From an uncultured Thermoanaerobaculia bacterium (lineage in GTDB: Bacteria > Acidobacteriota > Thermoanaerobaculia > Gp7-AA8): a DNA stretch of 64,000 nucleotides. The stretch is taken from positions 47,070-111,069 of the forward strand of contig CAZLGP010000143.1 in assembly GCA_964558905.1 (NCBI GenBank), in the 5' to 3' direction. The notes under the pieces are model-generated. The model was given only the letters and a program-made list of their open reading frames with translations. It made no database searches and was not told where the DNA came from. Positions within the stretch are counted from its first letter, which is position 1; each line of letters starts with the position of its first letter. Below are positions 51,662 through 64,000 of the stretch, one piece after another. Both the position numbers and the translations under genes were made by a program.

Positions 51662-54349
51662 CTAACCCGGCGGCAGATACTCCGGCTGCGGCTCGTAGTT
51701 GAAGAACTTGGTGATGTCGTTGCGGAAGACGAGCTTGAAGTCGCCGATGGGGCCGTTGCGCTGTTTGGCGATGATGATCTCGGCGATGCCCTTCTCCTCG
51801 GTCTCCTTGTTGTACACCTCGTCGCGATAGATGAAGCAGACGAGGTCCGCGTCCTGCTCGATGGAGTTGTGAGCGACGATCTCGTTGGCGATGAAGTTCG
51901 CAGGTCCGGGAACAGTCAAGTCGAAAACTTCCTCCTCGCCGAGAGGCTCGATGGAAACGATCTCATCCCAATAAAGGTCGCTCTGAGCGAGTTTGCTCAA
52001 CGCCTCGCATTGCGTGGCCAGGGCTACTGCGGATGCGCGGTCGCGGCCGAGGTTCTGACGAAAAAGCGTCATCCCGGAATAGGCAGTCCCGATCGCCGCA
52101 TGCAACTGCCGATGCGTGATCTTGCCCAAAGTCATCGCCGGGCGAATGTGGAGTTGCCACACCTCGCGCGGAATGACGTCTCGGTTCGTGTTTTCAGTCC
52201 GATCCGATACTTGCTCCACGACTTGGCTGAGTGACGACGTCTTGTAGGCGCCGACCGCGCCGATGCGTTCGGCGAAACGGAGCAGTTGTGAGCGTCCGCT
52301 GATGATCACGTGATACTGGTCGCGGCCCTTTCCGGCTTGAGCATATCGACCGACACGGGCCTGAATGTCGACGCGCAGCAGCAGCGCCCGAAGATCGCGG
52401 GCGAGAGTCTCGCTGCTGGTCGCGTAATAGACGGCCGGCGCGCCCTTCGGGTTCGGTCGAATACACCCATCGGTTGCCCAAAGGTGGCGAATGAACCGCG
52501 CGATGGCCGCTTCGGGTTGCTGGAAGACAGCGGAGGGAATCCGTTTCTCCCACGAGCGTTTCCCCCAGACATCGCCGAGTGGCTCGAGCCATTCCGCGAC
52601 AGCGCTTCGCCGGCCGTGCGTATGATGCCTCGTGGACGCGAGATAGACCTGAAACCATGTGCGCTCGCGACGAATACGCGGCTGCACGTCAGAACCAAAG
52701 ATCCTGATCGAAAGATCGGCAACGACGTGCGCGAGGTCTTCCTCCCGCGTTGTGTATTGGATTGCATGCGTCGGCAGCGTGCAGCCGTCTCCGATCAGGT
52801 GGCCGAGTAGGGCCAGTTCCTCGTCCGAAAGCGTCTGGGTCGTTGGGGAGGGGACGCGGCGAGGAAGCGCCAACCGTTGCCCTGCTTCGAGCTCGTCGAG
52901 TCTCTTCCATCCATCGATCGTCAGGAAGCGGTGGTTGGCGGTCGCCTCGATGGTATTGCCCAGGCGGCTCGTGAGCTTGAAGACTCGCTTCACGCCGGTG
53001 GAAAACGCGCGTGACACCTCGGCGGGGACCAGCTTGTGCGTGTCCGGATCGACGGACCAGACCTGAAAGCCCGAAGTCCCTACGAGCTCGCGGATGGGAA
53101 CACGTCTGCCGTCGCTGGCGATCGTCACGAGAGCATCGCCGGTCAGGCATCCGGATTCGCGAAGGTCGGAGAGCTGCGGCCGGTGATCGCCGGTGCGTTG
53201 TTCGGGGCGGCGGGACAGCTGGGAGAGCGACAGGAGAGGGAGATTGAGCTCTTTGGCGATGGCCTTGAGGCCGCGCGAGATCTGGGAGATTTCCTGCTGG
53301 CGCGACTCGATCTTGCCTTTGACGGACATGAGCTGGAGGTAGTCCACCATGATCATGTCCAGGCCGGCTTCCATCTTCAGGCGCCGCGCCTTCGCGCGCA
53401 TCTCCAGCGGATCCATGGCGGGCGAATCGTCGATGTAGATCTTGCCCTTTGCGAGTCGGGACGCCGCGTCGGCCAGCTCGCGCCAGTTGCGCTCACTGAG
53501 CATGCCCGAGCGGATCAAATGATTCGAGACACCTGACTCCGAGGAGAGGATGCGCAGCCCGATCTGCTCCTTCGACATTTCGAGCGAGAAGACGCCGACG
53601 CCGTAGAGACGATCACCGCCATTGCGCGGCAGGCCGTCTTTGCCCGGCAACGCAATGGACTCGGCGATGTTCATCATGAATGACGTTTTTCCCATCGAGG
53701 GTCTTGCGGCGAGGATGATGAGATCCTGCGCCTGAAAGCCCGACGTCATCTCATTGAAGCGGTCGTAGCCGGTGGGAAGCCCGGTCACGAGGCGACCGGC
53801 GTTCGCGTGCATCTGCTCGATCGCGCCCATGTTCGTACGCGTGATGGCGCCGAGGCTGACGAACCCTTTGTCCGTGGCCCCTTCGGCGATCTCGTACAGA
53901 GATTTTTCGGCAATGGTCAGCACCTCGCTCGGCTCGCTCGGGGCATCCAGGGCCGCGCGCATCACGCTGTTGCCCATGAGAATCAGTCGCCGCAGCATCG
54001 ACTTCTCTTTGACGATCTGCGCGTAGCGCTCGACGTTGGCGACGTCGGGGACCATGTCCAGCAGCGAAGAGATGTACGCGACTCCGCCAACCTGATCGAG
54101 CTGCGCGTGCTTTGCGAGCTCTTCCTTCAGCGTGAGCGGCTCGATCTCCCGGCTCTGCTCCGCCATGCGGCGCATCGTCGCGAAGATCGTGCGGTGGGCG
54201 TCCTTGAAGAAGTCCTCCGTGTCGATCGTGCCGATGACTCGGTAGAAGGCGTGGTTGTTGATGACGATGGAGCCGAGGACCGCACGCTCCGCATCCGGGC
54301 TCTGCGGCATCGGCCGATCGAGTGTCACGTCGAGTTGTGCGACGGTCAT
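51662..54349 (-). CDS. dnaB: Replicative DNA helicase DnaB containing an intein
   Basis: AERAVLG, AARPSMGKT, VDYLQL, LSQLSR, SDLRESG|...|SIEQDAD, IIAKQRNGP. Confidence 0.97.
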   Translation of the reverse strand: MTVAQLDVTLDRPMPQSPDAERAVLGSIVINNHAFYRVIGTIDTEDFFKDAHRTIFATMRRMAEQSREIEPLTLKEELAKHAQLDQVGGVAYISSLLDMVPDVANVERYAQIVKEKSMLRRLILMGNSVMRAALDAPSEPSEVLTIAEKSLYEIAEGATDKGFVSLGAITRTNMGAIEQMHANAGRLVTGLPTGYDRFNEMTSGFQAQDLIILAARPSMGKTSFMMNIAESIALPGKDGLPRNGGDRLYGVGVFSLEMSKEQIGLRILSSESGVSNHLIRSGMLSERNWRELADAASRLAKGKIYIDDSPAMDPLEMRAKARRLKMEAGLDMIMVDYLQLMSVKGKIESRQQEISQISRGLKAIAKELNLPLLSLSQLSRRPEQRTGDHRPQLSDLRESGCLTGDALVTIASDGRRVPIRELVGTSGFQVWSVDPDTHKLVPAEVSRAFSTGVKRVFKLTSRLGNTIEATANHRFLTIDGWKRLDELEAGQRLALPRRVPSPTTQTLSDEELALLGHLIGDGCTLPTHAIQYTTREEDLAHVVADLSIRIFGSDVQPRIRRERTWFQVYLASTRHHTHGRRSAVAEWLEPLGDVWGKRSWEKRIPSAVFQQPEAAIARFIRHLWATDGCIRPNPKGAPAVYYATSSETLARDLRALLLRVDIQARVGRYAQAGKGRDQYHVIISGRSQLLRFAERIGAVGAYKTSSLSQVVEQVSDRTENTNRDVIPREVWQLHIRPAMTLGKITHRQLHAAIGTAYSGMTLFRQNLGRDRASAVALATQCEALSKLAQSDLYWDEIVSIEPLGEEEVFDLTVPGPANFIANEIVAHNSIEQDADLVCFIYRDEVYNKETEEKGIAEIIIAKQRNGPIGDFKLVFRNDITKFFNYEPQPEYLPPG
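51866..53149 (-). mobile_element. Full-length intein (428 codons) with LAGLIDADG homing endonuclease at the RESG/SIEQDAD site of DnaB
   Basis: Starts CLTGD, block B TANHRFLT, LLGHLIGDG and FIRHLWATDG, ends VAHN|S. Confidence 0.95.
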
Positions 54350-54406
54350 GGAACGATGGCGGCGATTCTAAGGACGGTTTTTCGCGAGCATCCTGCCGTC
54401 CGAAAC

Positions 54407-54479
54407 CTTTCCACAGCCCCTCCCGCTCCGTCTGCTCAGATGTGTGGCTCGAAAGCAAGTTTTCCACACCTGTGGAGAT
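54407..54479. promoter_or_regulatory. Cluster of DnaA-box-like 9-mers upstream of dnaB
   Basis: CTTTCCACA at 54407; TTTTCCACA at 54460 (matches TTWTNCACA); inverted ATCTCCACA at 54471-54479. Confidence 0.4.
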
Positions 54480-54609
54480 TCGAAGAAACGGGTTGACACC
54501 CGTTCGAGAGCAGGCGGTGGAATCGCTCCACGAACCGTAGAGTCCCTTCATCGGAATGACCCTCTCGCGGAACCTTGTTGGAGGGCGCGCGTCTCAGACC
54601 GGGAGAACC

Positions 54610-55512
54610 ATGAAACGAACTCTGCTCGCCTTTGCCTTCGCCGTCGCCGCCGCTCCGCTGTTCGCATCGGATGAACACAAGCTCATCGCCCGGGTCAACG
54701 GGCTGGAGATCACGAACGCCGACCTCGACGAGCAGTGGAGTCGCGTGCCCACGGAGCTCCAGGCCCAGTACCTGAAGACCGGCGGCAAGCGCGCCTTCCT
54801 CGAGAACTATGTCGCCAAGAAGCTCGTCGTGCAGGATGCGCTCGCGAGCGGGTTCGCCGAGAAGGTGGGCGTGCCGGATGAGCTCGACGCGGCCGCTGAG
54901 GCGGCCCTGTTCGACCGCTACGTGCGTGAGGTGGTGGCCGCCCCCTTCATCACCGAGGCGGAGATGCGCAAGGTCTACACCGGAAATCGCGCGCAGTTCA
55001 CCTCGCCGGAGCAGGCCCATCTCAGCATCATCCGGAGGCTGAAGAACGACAATCCCGAAATCGCGCGCGAGACGATGTCGAAGGTGATGATCGAGATCTT
55101 CTCCGCTCGCACGACTCTCGCCTCCCAGGTTGAGGCGGACCAGCTCCTCGATGCCCTCGCGGTGAAGTTCGCCGAGGTTGCAGAGCGGGTCTCGGACGAC
55201 CCGTCCGCAACGAAGGGCGGAGACCTCGGCTGGGTCGCGCTGCACACGTTCGACCAGAGAATCGCCACGGCCGGACGCTCGATGAAACCAGGGACGATCA
55301 GCGGCCTCCTCGAGAGCCGGGAGGCGTTTCAGATGATCCTTCTCCACGAGTACCGCCCGGCCGGCATCGAACCGTTCGAGACCGCGCAGGAGGCGATCCG
55401 CGAGTTCCTCATGGCCCGCGAATCGCGCAAGGTCATGCAGGCGGTGACGCAGAAGACCACCGAGCTTCGCGCAGCGGGGAAAGTCGAGATCTTCGCCGAG
55501 AATCTCCGGTAG
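54610..55512 (+). CDS. Exported parvulin-type peptidyl-prolyl isomerase (PrsA/SurA-like)
   Basis: Signal peptide; FAEVAERVSDDPSATKGGDLGW; GGAG ribosome-binding site. Confidence 0.88.
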   Translation: MKRTLLAFAFAVAAAPLFASDEHKLIARVNGLEITNADLDEQWSRVPTELQAQYLKTGGKRAFLENYVAKKLVVQDALASGFAEKVGVPDELDAAAEAALFDRYVREVVAAPFITEAEMRKVYTGNRAQFTSPEQAHLSIIRRLKNDNPEIARETMSKVMIEIFSARTTLASQVEADQLLDALAVKFAEVAERVSDDPSATKGGDLGWVALHTFDQRIATAGRSMKPGTISGLLESREAFQMILLHEYRPAGIEPFETAQEAIREFLMARESRKVMQAVTQKTTELRAAGKVEIFAENLR

Positions 55513-55739
55513 GCCGGCACGGCCGGCAGCGCTGGTTGCTCCGCCTTAACGGGCACGTACGGATGCACTCATCCGTCGCGGCTTCGGGCGGCGCAGCGCG
55601 CCTGACGTTTCTACCGCGCAGACTCGTAGCCGGCCCGGCCGGCAGCGTTGGTTGCTCCGCCTTCCGGCACGCTACGGATGCACTCATCCGTCCCGGCTTC
55701 GGGCGGCGCAGCCCGCCTGACGTTCTACGGCGCAGACTC
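55509..55739. repeat. Two tandem copies (117 and 114 bp) of an internally structured element
   Basis: Copies at 55509-55625 and 55626-55739, each containing the ACGGATGCACTCATCCGT hairpin. Confidence 0.88.
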
Positions 55740-55747
55740 CAAACGCC

Positions 55748-56035
55748 TTACGGCTTGATGTCGATATCGGGATCGTTCGTGACCCCGTTCGCGGTGATCG
55801 AGTACTTGTACTTCTTGATCTCGGCGAAGGTCCCGGTGGTACAGCAGTAATCCTTGTTCCCGTTGGCCCCGTACTTCACGTCCTTGTATCCCACGATGTC
55901 GATCTCGAACGGGAACTCGGCGCTCCAGCGTACTTTCTGATTGTCCTTCTTGACGACGATCGGATCCTGATCGGGTACGGGCAGGCCGTTCCTCATGGTG
56001 ATACTGACAACCTTGTCCGGCTGTTCCTGCGGCAT
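55748..56035 (-). CDS. Small beta-rich hypothetical protein ending in DPDIDIKP (DP-EP-like C-terminal motif)
   Basis: AGGAG ribosome-binding site; 23 bp downstream of the kinase; KYSITANGVTNDPDIDIKP. Confidence 0.75.
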   Translation of the reverse strand: MPQEQPDKVVSITMRNGLPVPDQDPIVVKKDNQKVRWSAEFPFEIDIVGYKDVKYGANGNKDYCCTTGTFAEIKKYKYSITANGVTNDPDIDIKP

Positions 56036-56058
56036 GGCGAAGCTCCTCTCTCTCTGGT

Positions 56059-58632
<2,574 letters not shown>

Positions 58633-58729
58633 GGCGACCGGGGGTCGGATTCTACCGGTGCGGTCAGTCACCGCGCTCGGATTTTCACGGGGCGTATAAT
58701 CGCCCCGCTTCCCAAGAGAGTCCGCTTCA

Positions 58730-59308
58730 ATGCGCCACTGGGCGCGCGCAGTCGCGATGGTCGCCTTGATCGCCGCTGGAACGCACGTGCTTCCGGAACA
58801 GAGAGGGCTCGTCCCTCTGGTGCCGTGGAAGGTGCTGCAACCGGGAGAGGTCCTTCACGCGCCGCTGGTGCTGTTCTGGATTCCGGCGTCACCCGAGACG
58901 ATGCGTCGCTCGACGATGCTCACCTCCCACAAGCTCACCCTCTTCTCCGGGCGGTGCGTGGCGATGCGCGTCGTGCGCTTCGATGACGGCGCGCGACTGG
59001 CGAAACTGCACGTCGAAGCGGAGCTCCCTGTCGCTGTCCTCGCAGACGCTAACGGCAACATCCTCGGCTCGGTGCAGAGCAACTACGGGAGACTGCCGGT
59101 GATCGCGGTCGAAGAGCTCGTGCGGAACGCGCTCGGCGAACGGGAGTCGCAGGCCGAGACCCTGCTCGATCAGGCCCGGGAGCTTGCCGCGCGGGGTGAC
59201 GTCGAGGGCGCACTCGATCTGTACGAGAAGGTGTCGGAGGCGCGATGCCTCTGCCCCCGTCAGGCAAAGGCCGCACAGAAGGCGCTGCGAAGGCTGGAGA
59301 GAAGGTAG
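58730..59308 (+). CDS. Exported hypothetical protein (thioredoxin-like region plus TPR-like helices)
   Basis: Signal-like N-terminus; coding-like sequence; upstream TATAAT at 58695. Confidence 0.65.
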   Translation: MRHWARAVAMVALIAAGTHVLPEQRGLVPLVPWKVLQPGEVLHAPLVLFWIPASPETMRRSTMLTSHKLTLFSGRCVAMRVVRFDDGARLAKLHVEAELPVAVLADANGNILGSVQSNYGRLPVIAVEELVRNALGERESQAETLLDQARELAARGDVEGALDLYEKVSEARCLCPRQAKAAQKALRRLERR

Positions 59309-59342
59309 GGGCACGCTGCGCGGTTGCTTCGCTTGCGGCAGG

Positions 59343-59400
59343 GTCGTCGAGTCTCCGAGGGGTATGTCTCGACGACTTGACGACTTGACGACACGACGAC
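59343..59400. repeat. Palindromic 8-mer element (GTCGTCGAG ... CTCGACGAC(TTGACGAC)n), related to the lhr inserts
   Basis: Directly visible between convergent genes. Confidence 0.75.
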
Positions 59401-59449
59401 GTGCCGCAAGGCGGAGCACCCGGCGCAGCCGTGCCGTGCCGGCCCCAGG

Positions 59450-60550
59450 CTACGCTGCTTCGAGGATTCTGACCGCGCGCTTCCAGTGGCGGCGCGAGCG
59501 CTTCACGTGACGGTGCGACGCCCTCTGCGCCTTCCGCCACGCCAGACCTTGGGCGCGCTGCTCGATCGCCTCGCGCCACCTCGCGATGGCGCGCTCGAGC
59601 TGGTCGCTTGCGACGCGCAACCTGCGCCGGGCCTCATCCGCGAGCGAGCCGGTGGCGGTCGCCATCTTCTGCTCGACGACCCGCAGCGCGGCGCTCATCC
59701 GTGCCTGCTCGATCTGCGGGAGCGGTGTCGTCAGCAGATTCGACGTCAAGCCGACGTGGCGCCCGAGGGCGATGAACCACTTCGCCGGGTCCCAGTGATA
59801 CCAGCGGATGCCGTTGCGGAAGTCGGCGGGGAATCGGTGATGGAAGGAGTGATAGCCCTCGCCGAGGGTGACCATGGCGACAAGCCAGTTGTCGCGCGCC
59901 GAGGCCTCGGCGTTGAACGCCGGCTTGCCGAGGTAATGGGCCAGTGAGTTGACGAAGAACGTCGTGTGATGGATGACGACCAGGCGCGTGAAGCCGCCCC
60001 AGAGCAGCCCGGCGAGCGGATCGCCGAACGCGGCGCCGATCAGCGTCGGGATGCCGAAGCCGCCGGCGATGAGGATGACCTTGTTCCAGCGGTGCTGCCA
60101 CATCACGATCGGGTTGGCCTTGAGATCCGGCGAGTTGGCGTACGTCTTGTCCGCCCCGGGGTTCTTGTAGAAGATCCAGACGATGTGCGCCCACCAGAAG
60201 CCGCGCCTGATGTTGTAGGGGTCCCAGTCCTTGTCCGCGTGCTTGTGGTGTACGCGGTGCTGCGACGACCACTCGAGGATCGAGTTCTCGGCGGCCATGG
60301 CCCCGAAGAAGGCGAAAAACCCCTGCACGATCGGATGGGCCTCGTAGCTCTTGTGCGAGAAGAAGCGGTGGTATCCGGCGCAGATCGACATGCCCACAGC
60401 CAGGTACATGCCGAGGGTGAGAAGCGGCATCCAGAGGCTGAATCCGCGGTAGTACGTATACGCGGCCGTGCCTGCGATCCCGATGACGGGCGTGAGGGTC
60501 AGGAAAAGGATGTTCACCCAGTCCTTCTTCAACTGCTGAGTTTCGACGAT
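59450..60550 (-). CDS. Acyl-CoA/lipid delta-9 desaturase (OLE1/DesC-like); start codon uncertain (ATC 60550 or TTG 60532)
   Basis: His boxes HRFFSH, HRVHH, HSFHH; GGAGGT 6 nt before an in-frame ATC. Confidence 0.88.
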   Translation of the reverse strand: MVETQQLKKDWVNILFLTLTPVIGIAGTAAYTYYRGFSLWMPLLTLGMYLAVGMSICAGYHRFFSHKSYEAHPIVQGFFAFFGAMAAENSILEWSSQHRVHHKHADKDWDPYNIRRGFWWAHIVWIFYKNPGADKTYANSPDLKANPIVMWQHRWNKVILIAGGFGIPTLIGAAFGDPLAGLLWGGFTRLVVIHHTTFFVNSLAHYLGKPAFNAEASARDNWLVAMVTLGEGYHSFHHRFPADFRNGIRWYHWDPAKWFIALGRHVGLTSNLLTTPLPQIEQARMSAALRVVEQKMATATGSLADEARRRLRVASDQLERAIARWREAIEQRAQGLAWRKAQRASHRHVKRSRRHWKRAVRILEAA

Positions 60551-60623
60551 GACGCCACCTCCAAGTGATCTGACGCGCCTGACAACCGCGGGTCGTGTTG
60601 CACTATTCGCGCCGCGAATGGTC

Positions 60624-62288
<1,665 letters not shown>

Positions 62289-62308
62289 GGCTGCGGATTC
62301 TACGTCGC

Positions 62309-62389
62309 TTGCCAGTTGCCCAGTTGCCCGTTCCCAGCAATCCCGGGCGTCAGGCGAAACATCACTGGCAACTGGCAACAGGCAACTGG
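62309..62389. repeat. Inverted 7/8-mer arrays (CCAGTTG)n ... (CAACTGG)n between divergent hutU and nth
   Basis: Directly visible. Confidence 0.8.
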
Positions 62390-62401
62390 TACCTTCGGTG
62401 C

Positions 62402-63133
62402 GTGAACCGGAAAGCGCGCGCCATCGAAGTCAATGCCCGGCTGAAGAAGCAGTATCCAGAAGCACGCGTCGAGCTCGACTTCAAGAGTCCGTTCGAGTTA
62501 CTGATCGCGACGATCCTCGCCGCGCAGTCGACGGATGCACGCGTGAACATCGTCACGAAGTCTCTGTTCCGGAAGTATCCGGACGCGCGGGCTTTTGCGA
62601 ATGCCGATCTCGTCGAGATGGAGACGGCGGTGAAGCAGACCGGCTTCTTCCGCAGCAAGGCCAAAGCGGTCATCAACTGTTCGAAGGCACTCGTGGAGCG
62701 CCACGGCGGCGAGGTGCCGCGAACGATGGAGGAGCTGGTGGAGCTCCCCGGCGTCGGGCGCAAGACCGCGAACGTGGTCCTCGGCAATGCGCTGGGCGTC
62801 GAAGCCGGCATCATCGTCGACACCCATGTCACCCGCCTCTCCGGACGCCTCGGCTTCACGAAAAGCGCCGATCCGGTGGAGATCGAGCGGGACCTGATGA
62901 AGATCGTGCCGCGCGGCGAATGGACCGCGTTCGCGAATCGGTTGATCCTGCACGGCCGGCGCATCTGCATCGCGCGCAAGCCGGATTGTCCGAACTGCGT
63001 GCTGAACGACATCTGCCCGTCATCGCAAACCCTGAGCGAGCAGCGCGAGTCGAAGGGTCAGCAGAGCCCCCGCATTGCGCGTACCGCGAAGCCACGGGGC
63101 AAGTCGGGTCGCGCGTGGAGGGGGCTCACCTGA
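62402..63133 (+). CDS. nth: Endonuclease III
   Basis: [13 protein letters not shown], Hh[34 protein letters not shown]; GTG start at 62402. Confidence 0.95.
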   Translation: MNRKARAIEVNARLKKQYPEARVELDFKSPFELLIATILAAQSTDARVNIVTKSLFRKYPDARAFANADLVEMETAVKQTGFFRSKAKAVINCSKALVERHGGEVPRTMEELVELPGVGRKTANVVLGNALGVEAGIIVDTHVTRLSGRLGFTKSADPVEIERDLMKIVPRGEWTAFANRLILHGRRICIARKPDCPNCVLNDICPSSQTLSEQRESKGQQSPRIARTAKPRGKSGRAWRGLT

Positions 63134-63165
63134 CCCTTCGACTCGCGCTGCTCGCTCAGGGTTTG
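63026..63165. repeat. 36-bp perfect inverted repeat (REP-like CCCTGAGCGA...GTCGAAGGG) overlapping the nth and yidD 3' ends
   Basis: Arms at 63026-63061 and 63130-63165. Confidence 0.92.
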
Positions 63166-63470
63166 TCGACCGTCCCCGCCGAAGTCCACGGCCCGCACCG
63201 CGCGATCCGCCACGCTGTCTTCGCCGCTCCCTTCCCGAACCCGTACTTTGCGATCGCCGCGCGCCCGTAAGCCGAGCACGTGGGCTGAAAGCGACAGGTC
63301 ACCCGTCCGCGCAGATGCGGCGAGACGTGCGCGCGGTATTCATCGATGACGAACAGCGCGCCGCGCGCGGCGAAGCCGTGCCCGTGCGGCACCGCGAAGT
63401 CGTGGATGGCAATGGCCACGACGAGCAGCAGTGCCGCCGTACCAATTCTGCGGAAGCGTTTACGCGGCAT
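63156..63470 (-). CDS. yidD: Membrane protein insertion efficiency factor
   Basis: CRFQPTCSAY...AIAKYG..KG...RIARCGPW..G.VD.P. Confidence 0.85.
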   Translation of the reverse strand: MPRKRFRRIGTAALLLVVAIAIHDFAVPHGHGFAARGALFVIDEYRAHVSPHLRGRVTCRFQPTCSAYGRAAIAKYGFGKGAAKTAWRIARCGPWTSAGTVDKP

Positions 63471-63843
63471 CGAGGAAGGATGAAGGATAAAGGATGAAGG
63501 AGATCGTCGTGGCGGTGTGGGATGCGTTCCGACGGATGCGGAAGTCCCGGTTAAGTGGTACCTGGGGCGCTCTGTCGCCCGCTACGCGGGCTCTTTTGGC
63601 CGGCCGCCATGTTCCCTCCGGCTGAAAGCCGGGGGCTATTCCCTCTTGCCCGCTACGCGGGCGCATTGACCGCTGCCGCGTTCGTCCTCCGCCTTCATCC
63701 CTCTTCATCCTTCCCCTTTCATCCTCCGGCCATCATCCTTCATCCTCCGGCCATCATCCTCCGGCCCTCATCCTTCCGGCCCTGATCCTTCCGGCCTTCA
63801 TCCTTCATCCTTCATCCTTCATCCTTCCGCCCTTCATCCTTCT
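63471..63843. repeat. Composite repeat: (AGGATGA)n at 63471-63500 and (TCATCCT)n at 63705-63843 enclosing a REP-like segment (GCCCGCTACGCGGGC twice, CCTCCGGCTGAAAGCCGGGGG)
   Basis: Directly visible. Confidence 0.85.
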
Positions 63844-64000
63844 TCGCCTCGTCCCAGAGCCGGTCGATCTCCTCGAGCGACATGCCCTCGAACGTATCCA
63901 CGCGCGACTCCATCGACCCGAACCGCCTCATGAACTTCCGGTTGGTCGACTGCAGCGCCTCCTCCGGATTCACGTTCACCTTGCGGGCGATGTTCGCGAT
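63812..64000 (-). CDS. mazG: 3' part of nucleoside triphosphate pyrophosphohydrolase MazG (partial)
   Basis: IANIARKVNVNPEEALQSTNRKFMRRF...MSLEEIDRLWDEAK, translated by hand; stop at 63812-63814. Confidence 0.8.
   Translation of the reverse strand: MANIARKVNVNPEEALQSTNRKFMRRFGSMESRVDTFEGMSLEEIDRLWDEAKKDEGRKDEG

Noticed and set aside
55509-55739. CRISPR array
   Set aside because: Only two long units, no repeat-spacer periodicity, and no cas genes in the window
63700-63843. Coding ORF or CRISPR in the TCATCCT-rich tract
   Set aside because: It is a simple heptamer tandem repeat belonging to the palindromic repeat family

Overview
GC-rich bacterial window. Gene style and repeat types suggest an Acidobacteriota/Thermoanaerobaculia-like genome (inference only). 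It has two halves. (1) Positions 1-32 kb are an accessory region. It holds a ~24 kb, tightly coupled minus-strand operon: exported caspase -> exported TPR-CHAT protease -> vWA -> OmpA-like/K-channel-pore hybrid -> three membrane vWA proteins -> intact tubulin/FtsZ-like GTPase -> degenerate membrane-bound tubulin-like protein -> membrane-anchored pseudo-helicase with DUF1998-like Zn domain -> gene running off the edge. Next come a second caspase, an unknown protein, a second CHAT protease and a divergent ECF sigma/anti-sigma pair. (2) Positions 32-64 kb are mostly housekeeping: folE, PP2C sensor phosphatase, lepB, eno, a degenerate Doc/antitoxin-like pair, nei-lhr, cNMP phosphodiesterase, amidohydrolase, GT2, nfeD, intein-containing dnaB, PPIase, Ser/Thr kinase, desaturase, hutU, nth, yidD and partial mazG. 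This half is peppered with palindromic and short-tandem-repeat elements, two inserted in-frame in lhr. Many genes there have -10 boxes immediately upstream of the start codon. No rRNA, tRNA, CRISPR array or transposase was recognised. All domain calls come from motif recognition by eye, not from searches.
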